Under the pieces are notes generated by a model. The model was not told where the DNA came from, made no database searches, and saw only the letters and a list, made by a program, of their open reading frames with translations. This document shows positions 7,598 through 14,566 of a DNA stretch of 14,594 nucleotides, one piece after another; position 1 is the first letter of the stretch; each line of letters begins with the position of its first letter. Source of the stretch: Desulfosoma sp. (GTDB lineage Bacteria > Desulfobacterota > Syntrophobacteria > Syntrophobacterales > DSM-9756); contig JBBFKW010000012.1 in the NCBI GenBank assembly GCA_037481835.1, positions 1-14,594 of the forward strand, read 5' to 3'. The position numbers and the translations under genes were made by a program.

Positions 7598-9886
7598 ATG
7601 AACGATTACCAAGCCTTCAAACAAGGCATTGAACTCAGAGAACACACGCTGCGCCGCGCTGTGGAAAACCTGGCCGCGGAACAGCTCACCGACGAGCACC
7701 AGACCCAACAATGGCGGGACCACCTGGACCTGGTTCAACGGGCCCTTCAAGACCCCTTGGTTCGAATCGCCGTCGCCGGCTCGGTCAAGTCGGGAAAGAG
7801 CACCCTGATCAATGCCCTGCTGGGAGGGGACCTGCTCAAGAGGGGCGCCGGCATTGTGACCTCCTTCATCACGCGAATCCGGTCCAACGCCGTTCGAGGC
7901 GGCTGGGTGGAATTCAAGAGCTGGGATGAAATTCACCAGGACATCTCCGGAGCCGCAGCCATGCTTCCCCTCACCGAAGGCACGCCCGTGCCTTCAAAAA
8001 CCTACGATCTGAGAAAGAGCTCCCACCGCGAAAGCCTCCTCAAGAAACTGGCCGCGGTGCAAACGGAACTGCAGCACAGCCGAAGCTTCCTGGACGCCCC
8101 TTTCCTCCTGGTCCACGCCTACCTGGAAGGATTCCCCACGGTGCAGGACCTCGTCCAAGATCACCCTCGACGGCTCACTTTCGATGAAAAAACCCTCAGG
8201 CGGCACCAAGATTTCGTCGGCGTGGAATCCTCGGCCGTCTATCTCAAAGACGTGGAAATCCACTACCCGGCTCCGTGGATCGGCGATGAAGTGGAAATCG
8301 CCGACTGCCAGGGGAGCGACTCCCCCAACCCCCTGCACTTCGCCCTGCTCCAGCAGTATCTCCTGAAGAGCCACATCATCGTCTATGTGGTGAGCAGCCG
8401 TACGGGCTTGCGGGAAGCGGACCTGAAGCTTTTGGACTTCATCAAGACCTTGCGCATGACTCCCCAGACCCTGTTCGTCCTCAACGTGGATCTGGACACC
8501 CACCAAGGTCTGGACGACATCCACGCCTCCGTGGAACGATTCACCAAGGAACTGCGCTGGACGGTCCCGAACCCTCGGGTCTATGCCTTTTCCGGCCTGT
8601 ACCATCTTCTGGCCGCGCAGGAGCCGCCGCCGTCCTCCCGGGAAGCCCTGCGCCTGGCCATGTGGCGCGATGAGGCGGCCCATCGGTTGCCCCAGGCCTT
8701 GGGATTCGAAGACCTGAAAAAGGAACTGGCCGAACGGGTGGGAACGCAACGCAGCCGCGTCCTTTTCAGCACGGGTCTGGGCCGTTTGGCCGCCGTGGCC
8801 CAAACCCTTGGGGAGACGTGCCGCACCAAAAGGCAGCTCCTGGGAAAAGACCTCAGCCAGCTGGAACAATCCGCAAGGCATCTCCAAAAAAGGCAGGAAG
8901 AACTCATCGGCACGCTGAGCACTCTGGAAAACGCCATCGGGGGCTTGCGGGAAAACTTGAAGAACGATCTGGACAAAGCCGTGAGCACGTTCTTCGACCT
9001 AACCTCCGGCCCTCTCGTGCAGGAAACCCTGCACATGGTGGACCACTATCCCGTGGATCCCGCCTACGCCAAGGACCTGGGCGACCCGCGCAAGGTGATC
9101 CGCCAGCTCCACGGCTTTTACATGGAATTCCGCCGATCCCTTTCGGCCTTCCTGGTGGATCGCGTCAACGTGGAAACCATTCGCTTCGCCAAGGAGCAGG
9201 AGGAATTTCTCAAGAGGCGCATTCGAGAGGCGTCCCAGGGTTTTTGGTCCTTGTTCCAGAGCGCTTTGGAGGAATATCACCGGGAATTGAAGGCCTTGGG
9301 CGTCGCCGTCCAGGAACCCGGCCTGTCCCCCGAGCAGCCGTGGGCCCAATGGCATCACATCAGCCCGCCGGCCTTCAGCGGCTTTGTCGATGAAAACGCC
9401 CTGGGGCGAGGCCTGCTCCTCATGAAGTTCGGCTTGGGACGACTCAATCGGTTCCTGAACACCGTCAAAGACCGATTGGGGAAAAAGCGCGTTGTGAAAG
9501 ACGGCGCCGAGCCGAGCGGCTCTTTCTTGGAAGCCGTGGACGTCGTCAAGGCCGAAACGCGCGCCGAGCTCGTGTACGCCTTCAGGGATTACCGCCAGAA
9601 TTTTCGGTATCAATACCTGCACAAGCTGCTGGATGCCGCCTTGGCGTACCTTCTTGAAGAGTTCCAGGCCAGAGCCCGCATGGCCCACATGGATTTCCGC
9701 CACCTCCTGCAGCACGGCAAAATGGAAGAAGACCGGCGCATGCGAGCCGCGGCGCTCCTGGAAGAGACGGCCGCATCGGCGGAAAATCTCCTGCGGGAAA
9801 TCGAGGAACTCCGAAGAGCCCTCAGCCTGGAATGGCTGGCTCAGGACCCGGAGGCCAGTCCCGGGGAAGAGGCGCGCAAAGGCTGA
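7598..9886 (+). CDS. Bacterial dynamin-like GTPase, 762 aa
   Basis: P-loop RIAVAGSVKSGKSTLINALLG, G2 Thr in GAGIVTS, G3-like IADCQGS, G4-like FVLNVDLD, and a long helical/coiled-coil C-terminal stalk. ATG at 7598 after GGAG. Confidence 0.85.
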   Translation: MNDYQAFKQGIELREHTLRRAVENLAAEQLTDEHQTQQWRDHLDLVQRALQDPLVRIAVAGSVKSGKSTLINALLGGDLLKRGAGIVTSFITRIRSNAVRGGWVEFKSWDEIHQDISGAAAMLPLTEGTPVPSKTYDLRKSSHRESLLKKLAAVQTELQHSRSFLDAPFLLVHAYLEGFPTVQDLVQDHPRRLTFDEKTLRRHQDFVGVESSAVYLKDVEIHYPAPWIGDEVEIADCQGSDSPNPLHFALLQQYLLKSHIIVYVVSSRTGLREADLKLLDFIKTLRMTPQTLFVLNVDLDTHQGLDDIHASVERFTKELRWTVPNPRVYAFSGLYHLLAAQEPPPSSREALRLAMWRDEAAHRLPQALGFEDLKKELAERVGTQRSRVLFSTGLGRLAAVAQTLGETCRTKRQLLGKDLSQLEQSARHLQKRQEELIGTLSTLENAIGGLRENLKNDLDKAVSTFFDLTSGPLVQETLHMVDHYPVDPAYAKDLGDPRKVIRQLHGFYMEFRRSLSAFLVDRVNVETIRFAKEQEEFLKRRIREASQGFWSLFQSALEEYHRELKALGVAVQEPGLSPEQPWAQWHHISPPAFSGFVDENALGRGLLLMKFGLGRLNRFLNTVKDRLGKKRVVKDGAEPSGSFLEAVDVVKAETRAELVYAFRDYRQNFRYQYLHKLLDAALAYLLEEFQARARMAHMDFRHLLQHGKMEEDRRMRAAALLEETAASAENLLREIEELRRALSLEWLAQDPEASPGEEARKG

Positions 9887-10739
9887 GGGGGGTCCCTGTC
9901 ACGGGGTGGGGGAGTTCCAGCCGAAAGGCGTGCAGAAGGAGCCTCGGGGCCTCCCGGGCTGCGTCCGGCCCGCCGTAGAGGCGGTCTCCGAGGATGGGGA
10001 AGCCCTCGCAGGCAAGATGGAGCCGAACCTGGTGGGTGCGCCCCGTTTTGGGGACGGCCTGCACAAGGCTTCGGCCGGGACCGCGAAAGACAATCGTCAG
10101 CACCGTTTGGGCGCTCTTTCCGACCCCATGGGCCCACGCGGCGTACCGGCCCGCTTCCCGCCCGATGTCCCGATTCACCACCTTTCGATCCCAGTCGGGA
10201 ACACCGCGAACCCAGGCGAGATAGAGCTTTTTCACGCGCTGGTCTTGAAAGGCACGCCCCAAGGCCTTGTTGGCGTGCCGGGAGACGCTCATCACGAGAA
10301 CCCCGCTGGTTTCCCGATCGAGCCTGTGGTGGAGCCCCACGTAGGCTTGGGCGTTTCCTTCTTCGGCAAGGAAGCGCTTGGCCGCTTCGAAAACGTTGTT
10401 GTAGGCGTCGGAAGGCATGGGCTGGGTGGCAATACCCGCCTCCTTGTCGTAGGCGAGGATCCAGGGATCCCGGAAGAGGATTCGGCCGGGGTCCAGTTCG
10501 TAAAACCGGCGAACCCCCGACCATGGCCAGTAAACGCGGACTTCCTCCCCGGCCCGCACGGGATGATCCCCGTCGCGGATCACCCGGCCTGACACATGCA
10601 CCGATCCAAAATCCACCAAGTCCCGCGCTTCATGCGGTTCCACGAAGCACTCGGACTGGATCAGGTCGCACAGGCGCCATCCGTCCTGGTGGGATCGGAC
10701 GCGTGTTTTCCAGAAGGAAGGGTCGCGAAGGGACGGCAT
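9822..10739 (-). CDS. RluA/RluD-family RNA pseudouridine synthase with N-terminal S4-like region, 305 aa
   Basis: Catalytic motif HRLDRETSG plus KKLYLAWV, TGRTHQVRLH, ILGDRLYG and LLLHAFRLELPHP. ATG at 10739 (alternative GTG at 10742). Its 3' end overlaps the dynamin 3' end by 65 nt. Confidence 0.93.
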   Translation of the reverse strand: MPSLRDPSFWKTRVRSHQDGWRLCDLIQSECFVEPHEARDLVDFGSVHVSGRVIRDGDHPVRAGEEVRVYWPWSGVRRFYELDPGRILFRDPWILAYDKEAGIATQPMPSDAYNNVFEAAKRFLAEEGNAQAYVGLHHRLDRETSGVLVMSVSRHANKALGRAFQDQRVKKLYLAWVRGVPDWDRKVVNRDIGREAGRYAAWAHGVGKSAQTVLTIVFRGPGRSLVQAVPKTGRTHQVRLHLACEGFPILGDRLYGGPDAAREAPRLLLHAFRLELPHPVTGTPLSLCAPLPRDWPPGPEPAIPG

Positions 10740-10746
10740 CACCGCT

Positions 10747-11127
10747 CTACAGGCTGTCCTCGTCGGCGTCGCCGCCCTGCGGTTCCTCCGGGGACGCCCC
10801 CTTGCCGGACGCTTCCTCTTCCATGGCTTCTTCCATGAGGGCGTCTACGTCCTCGTCGAAATCGTCGCCCATCTCGTGGGTCATGGCCTTCATGAATTTG
10901 GCCATGCTCTTGGGATCGTTCTCATCCAGAGAACCGAACCGGGACGGGTCCGCGAGGCGCTCGAGGCGCGTCTCTTCGGATAAACGCACCCGCACCCTGG
11001 ACGGCACGCGTTTGAGATCCGTGGCGTCGCAAAAGCGGCATCGGGCATCGATTTCTTCGGAGACGCGGAAGGTGATCACTTCGTTTTTCTTGCCGCATCG
11101 CAGGCACAGGTATTCGTAGATGGGCAT
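10747..11127 (-). CDS. FmdB-family zinc-ribbon protein with acidic C-terminal domain, 126 aa
   Basis: Classic MPIYEYxCxxC...CxxC start (MPIYEYLCLRCG...RCRFCD) and strong SD AAGGAGG. The acidic tail begins DENDPKSMAKFMKAM. Confidence 0.88.
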   Translation of the reverse strand: MPIYEYLCLRCGKKNEVITFRVSEEIDARCRFCDATDLKRVPSRVRVRLSEETRLERLADPSRFGSLDENDPKSMAKFMKAMTHEMGDDFDEDVDALMEEAMEEEASGKGASPEEPQGGDADEDSL

Positions 11128-11142
11128 GGTCGTCCTCCTTGC

Positions 11143-11189
11143 AAAAAAGCTTGGGCGGCTCGGCGCCGGGGCTTTCCCCGAAGGCCGCC
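11143..11189 (-). terminator. Terminator-like structure between speE and the FmdB gene
   Basis: Minus strand GGCGGC...CGGGG-AAAG-CCCCG...GCCGCC then CAAGC-TTTTTT. The stem is interrupted and the U6 is offset by 5 nt. Confidence 0.35.
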
Positions 11190-11230
11190 TCCCACCGGCC
11201 GGCCGTGCGGCCGATCCCTCCGGCATTTTA

Positions 11231-12148
11231 TTAGAGAAGATCTTCGGTCGAAAGATGGTGGGCGGCATCCGTCAACGGTTCGCAATGGACGGCATAGGCC
11301 TCTTCAAGGTAGGGCGGAACGGTGAACAGTTTTTCGACCATGGCGGGGCTGAGGTATCGCAACGGCAGGGGAGTGGACCGTGCCCGCTCGACCACGGCGG
11401 CCACGGACCAGCGCGGATTCTTGGTCGCCAGGATGTGGGCATCGGGTCGATGGAAGCTGTGCAGGCTGTAGGGACACGGATGCACCACGGGAAAAACGCG
11501 TTTAAGAGTGTTGACGATCCGCGCATGGGCGGCGACCTTTTGCGGGCTGATGCATTCCCCCTGGACGGCCACGCATCCTTCGGGAGTGAGCCGATCGGAT
11601 ACCTTTTCGTAAAATTCCCGGGTGAAGAGGAGGGCCGCCGGGCTGTCGTCCATGGGATCACTGAGGTCCAACACCGCCACGTCGAACCGTTCCTCGGTCC
11701 TTTCCACAAAGGCCCGACCGTCCCCGACGATCAACTCGACCCGTGGATCGTCGAAGGCCCCTTGATGCCATTGGGGAAGCAGGCGCGTGCACACGTCCAC
11801 CAGCTCCCCGTCGATCTCCACCATCACAATGCGGCGCACGTCCTTGTGACGGCACACCTCCCGCAAGGTGGCCCCTTCCCCGCCCCCGATGATGAGCACG
11901 CTGCGCGGCGCGGGATGGCTCCACATGGCGGGATGGACGAGCACCTCGTGATAGATGAACTCGTCCCTTTCGGCCGACTGCACGACCCCGTCCAGGAAAA
12001 GCACGAGGCCGTGCATCTCCGTTTCAACAATATCAATCTGCTGATAGGCGGAACGCCCGTGGTAAAGAACCGCACGGCACACGTAGGACGTTTCCTCGCC
12101 ACTGCTTTGCAGTTCGCGGAACCACAGGCGGCCCTGATGTTTTTCCAT
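11231..12148 (-). CDS. speE: Polyamine aminopropyltransferase (spermidine/thermospermine synthase family), 305 aa
   Basis: Motifs LDGVVQSAERDEFIYHE, VLIIGGGEGATLRE, VEIDGELV, FDDPRV..GDG and DLSDP. TGATG overlap with the speD stop. Confidence 0.95.
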   Translation of the reverse strand: MEKHQGRLWFRELQSSGEETSYVCRAVLYHGRSAYQQIDIVETEMHGLVLFLDGVVQSAERDEFIYHEVLVHPAMWSHPAPRSVLIIGGGEGATLREVCRHKDVRRIVMVEIDGELVDVCTRLLPQWHQGAFDDPRVELIVGDGRAFVERTEERFDVAVLDLSDPMDDSPAALLFTREFYEKVSDRLTPEGCVAVQGECISPQKVAAHARIVNTLKRVFPVVHPCPYSLHSFHRPDAHILATKNPRWSVAAVVERARSTPLPLRYLSPAMVEKLFTVPPYLEEAYAVHCEPLTDAAHHLSTEDLL

Positions 12149-12528
12149 CACGGCTTGTGTCTCAGTCTTTCCGCCGGCAGATCCAACACCCCTCGTTTGA
12201 TCTCCATGACGGAGAGGCTGCCTGCCTTAAACGCCTGTTTCAGGTATTCGAGGGACGCATCGGAGTCGATGAGTTCGCCGCACGTGAAAATATCCAACGC
12301 ACAATAGCCGTATTCCGGCCATGTGTGGATGGTAAAATGGGATTCGGCGATCACCACGACGCCGCTCACGCCGTGCGGCGAAAACTGATGAAAAACGGGC
12401 TGAACAATGGTGGCCTTGGAGATGGCGACCGCCTCAACAAGGATCTTCTCCACCTGGGAGACATCGTTGATGAGGCCGAAGTCGCAGTCATAGAGCTCAA
12501 CGATGAGGTGTTTTCCTAGTGATTTCAT
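12148..12528 (-). CDS. speD: S-adenosylmethionine decarboxylase proenzyme (short class 1B, SpeD/SpeH), 126 aa
   Basis: GKHLIVELYDC start, FSPHGVSGVVVIAESHFTIHTWPEYGYCALDIFTCG containing the ESH self-cleavage site. Adjacent to speE. Confidence 0.95.
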   Translation of the reverse strand: MKSLGKHLIVELYDCDFGLINDVSQVEKILVEAVAISKATIVQPVFHQFSPHGVSGVVVIAESHFTIHTWPEYGYCALDIFTCGELIDSDASLEYLKQAFKAGSLSVMEIKRGVLDLPAERLRHKP

Positions 12529-12601
12529 TTTCTTTTTCGCTTCCTCACGTCATGGGTATACCTTTTTTGAGGGTTAACAAAACAAAAAACCTCCAATTCA
12601 T
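12525..12601 (-). other. Candidate speD leader uORFs: uORF1 12580-12545 (TTG, MLTLKKGIPMT; in-frame ATG at 12601) and uORF2 12548-12525 (GTG, MRKRKRK)
   Basis: GGAGG (12594-12590) lies 9 nt before the TTG. The uORF1 stop overlaps the uORF2 start (GTGA), and the uORF2 stop overlaps the speD start (ATGA). Translation is not demonstrated. Confidence 0.3.
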
Positions 12602-12677
12602 GGGGGGGAACCGCACTCGGCTCTTAACCGCATGCTTCCAGCCAAACGCCATAAACGGAGGCGCGTCAAACGGGCAC

Positions 12678-12705
12678 ACTATACACAGAAATTTTCCGGA
12701 TGCAA
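12678..12705 (-). promoter_or_regulatory. Putative sigma70 promoter for speD-speE
   Basis: Minus strand TTGCAT (12705-12700), 16-nt spacer, TATAGT (12683-12678). It implies a 5' leader of about 140 nt. Confidence 0.55.
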
Positions 12706-12748
12706 CCCCAATCTCGCCCCTCAGGCAAACTTGAGGCACGATTTATTT

Positions 12749-12764
12749 CATGTTTGCAAACATG
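12749..12764. promoter_or_regulatory. Perfect 16-bp palindrome, candidate transcription-factor site
   Basis: CATGTTTGCAAACATG equals its own reverse complement. It abuts TTGACA at 12765 in the speD/leuA divergent region. Confidence 0.5.
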
Positions 12765-12794
12765 TTGACAAAACAGCGATGGGGCTGCCACTAT
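12765..12794 (+). promoter_or_regulatory. Putative sigma70 promoter for the leuA-like gene
   Basis: TTGACA (12765-12770), 18-nt spacer, CACTAT (12789-12794). Same architecture as the candidate at 4693-4664. Confidence 0.45.
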
Positions 12795-12859
12795 CGCCAC
12801 ACTCAGAAAAGGATGTCCCGCACGGGGAGCACACCCACCATCTGACGAGGAGGACACCG

Positions 12860-14422
12860 ATGCCCGCCATTCGCCTGTTTGACACCACTCTGCGCGACGG
12901 GGAAAAATCCCCCGGACTCATGCTCACCGTCCCCGAAAAGGTCCGTCTGGCCGTGCAATTGGCCCGCCTGGGCGTGGACGTCATCGAAGCCGGCTTTCCC
13001 GCAGCCTCTGAAGCGCAGTTCGAGGCCGTGCACACCATCGCCCGAAAGGTTTCCGGGCCGGTGGTGGCGGCTCTGGCTCGGGCCACCAATCCCACGGACT
13101 TTGACGTGGCCATGCGCGCCCTGGAATCGGCGCCCCGGCCGCGCCTGCACACCTTTGCCCCCGTCTCGCCTTTCTATCGGCGTCATTACCTCAAGAGGGA
13201 CTTCCCGGCGACGTTGGATATGGCCCAAAAAGCCGTGCGCCTGGCCAAGGAACGCTGCGACGATGTGGAATTTTCCCTTGTGGACGCCTTCCGGGCTTCC
13301 ACGGACGATATCATCGCCATGGCCAAGGCCGTGGCCGAAGCCGGGGCGACGGTCATCAACATCGCCGACACCGTGGGCTACGCAACCCCTTCGGAAATCG
13401 AAACGGTCTTTCGGGCCGTCAAGGCCGCACTGGGCGACAGATCGGGCGTGATCCTGAGCGTCCACTGCCACAACGACCTGGGCCTGGCCACGGCCAACAG
13501 CCTGGCGGCGCTGAACGCCGGGGCGACCCAGATCCACGGCACCATCAACGGCATCGGCGAACGGGCCGGGAACACGCCCCTGGAAGAGATCGTGGCCATC
13601 CTCAAGACGCGCGGGGACCGTTTCCACGCGGAAATCGCGGCGGACACGAGCCAAATCGGCCCCACGTGCCGTCTCGTCAAGCGCCTGACGGGCATCAGCC
13701 TCCAGGTCCATAAACCCGTGGTGGGCGCCCATGCCTTCGTCTATGAAACCACCGTCCCCCAACTGGGCGACGAATCGGCCCAACCGCCTTACGAAATCAT
13801 GAACCCGAACCAGTTCGGCCTGGAGGCTGCGCCCGAACCCGTGGCCAAAGACATGAGCGTGGAAGCCTTGGGCGAGCGGCTTCGGAAGATGGGCCTTGAC
13901 GTGGGCGACGAGGCGGTGCGGCACTGCTGGGAGGCCTACCGGCAGCTGGCGGAACGCAAGGAGCAGGTCTACGAGTCGGATTTGGAAAACCTGGTGGACG
14001 AGACGATCCTCGCCCCGCCCGAACGCTATAAGCTCCTTTATCTCAACGTTTCCGCGGGATCCATCTCCGTTCCCAACGCGACGGTCCAGCTGGAAATAAA
14101 CGGCCAGGTCCGCCAGGACGCGGGTTTCGGCCAGGGGCCCGTGGACGCCGCCTTCAAGACCATCTGCAAGATGACCCGTCGATTCCCCAGGCTGGTGCGC
14201 TACGAAGTCAACGCCGTCACGTCGGGAACGGACGCCTTGGGCGAAGTCAACGTCCACCTGGAAGAAGACGGCCAGCAGGTCCAAGGGCGCGGGGTGGCCT
14301 CCGACATCGTCTTGGCCAGCGCCAAAGCCTTCGTCAACGCCCTGAACAAATTGGAACAGAAACCCAAGGAACCCTCGGTGTCCGAATTCACCGAAATGGA
14401 AAGCTGGCAGCCTCGCCTGTAA
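12860..14422 (+). CDS. leuA: 2-isopropylmalate synthase (LeuA/DRE-TIM) family protein, divergent paralogue with C-terminal regulatory domain, 520 aa
   Basis: Motifs FDTTLRDGE, GVDVIEAGFP, DTVG, SVHCHNDLGLATANS and NGIGERAGN, plus LeuA allosteric domain motifs (GQGPVDAA, YEVNAVTSGTDALGEV, SDIVLASAKAFVNALN). ATG at 12860 with SD GAGGAGG. The family is secure; IPMS activity is doubtful. Confidence 0.85.
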   Translation: MPAIRLFDTTLRDGEKSPGLMLTVPEKVRLAVQLARLGVDVIEAGFPAASEAQFEAVHTIARKVSGPVVAALARATNPTDFDVAMRALESAPRPRLHTFAPVSPFYRRHYLKRDFPATLDMAQKAVRLAKERCDDVEFSLVDAFRASTDDIIAMAKAVAEAGATVINIADTVGYATPSEIETVFRAVKAALGDRSGVILSVHCHNDLGLATANSLAALNAGATQIHGTINGIGERAGNTPLEEIVAILKTRGDRFHAEIAADTSQIGPTCRLVKRLTGISLQVHKPVVGAHAFVYETTVPQLGDESAQPPYEIMNPNQFGLEAAPEPVAKDMSVEALGERLRKMGLDVGDEAVRHCWEAYRQLAERKEQVYESDLENLVDETILAPPERYKLLYLNVSAGSISVPNATVQLEINGQVRQDAGFGQGPVDAAFKTICKMTRRFPRLVRYEVNAVTSGTDALGEVNVHLEEDGQQVQGRGVASDIVLASAKAFVNALNKLEQKPKEPSVSEFTEMESWQPRL

Positions 14423-14535
14423 ACGCCGGGAAAACACGGGGGGTGCGCCGGGTGGGACCGTGGTTCCCTCGCCCGTGAACCGCCCCCGCACGGGGAAGCG
14501 GTCCCCCCTGCAGCCCGATCGAGATGGAAGTCTCC

Positions 14536-14566
14536 GTTGGGGTTCGCTTCGCTCACCCCAACCTAC
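14536..14566 (-). repeat. GTAG-type REP (repetitive extragenic palindrome)
   Basis: Minus strand GTAG-GTTGGGGT-GAGCGAAGCGA-ACCCCAAC: a GTAG tetranucleotide, an 8-bp stem and a GCGAAGC inner hairpin. Another GTAG at 14591-14594 on the + strand may begin a second copy. Confidence 0.8.

Noticed and set aside
4587..7936. 660-aa and 498-aa minus-strand ORFs opposite mutL and miaA
   Set aside because: Antisense shadows of unambiguous conserved genes.
11120..12307. 395-aa plus-strand ORF opposite speE/speD
   Set aside because: Antisense shadow with no recognisable domain.
12530..12675. Known SAM riboswitch upstream of speD
   Set aside because: No match by eye to SAM-I, SAM-II/V, SMK or SAM/SAH consensus; an Rfam scan would be decisive.
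12813..12845. Mini-ORF MSRTGSTPTI upstream of the leuA-like gene as an attenuator peptide
   Set aside because: No Leu codons, no properly spaced SD and no terminator/antiterminator. The mild Thr/Ile content is too weak to support it.
12632..12859. 76-codon N-terminal extension of the LeuA-like ORF
   Set aside because: It covers promoter-like sequence; a strong SD and the family N-terminus place the start at 12860.
14475..14497. GTGAACCG and CCCCGCAC..GGGGA resembling type I-E CRISPR repeat parts
   Set aside because: The parts are in the wrong order, single-copy, with no spacers and no cas genes.
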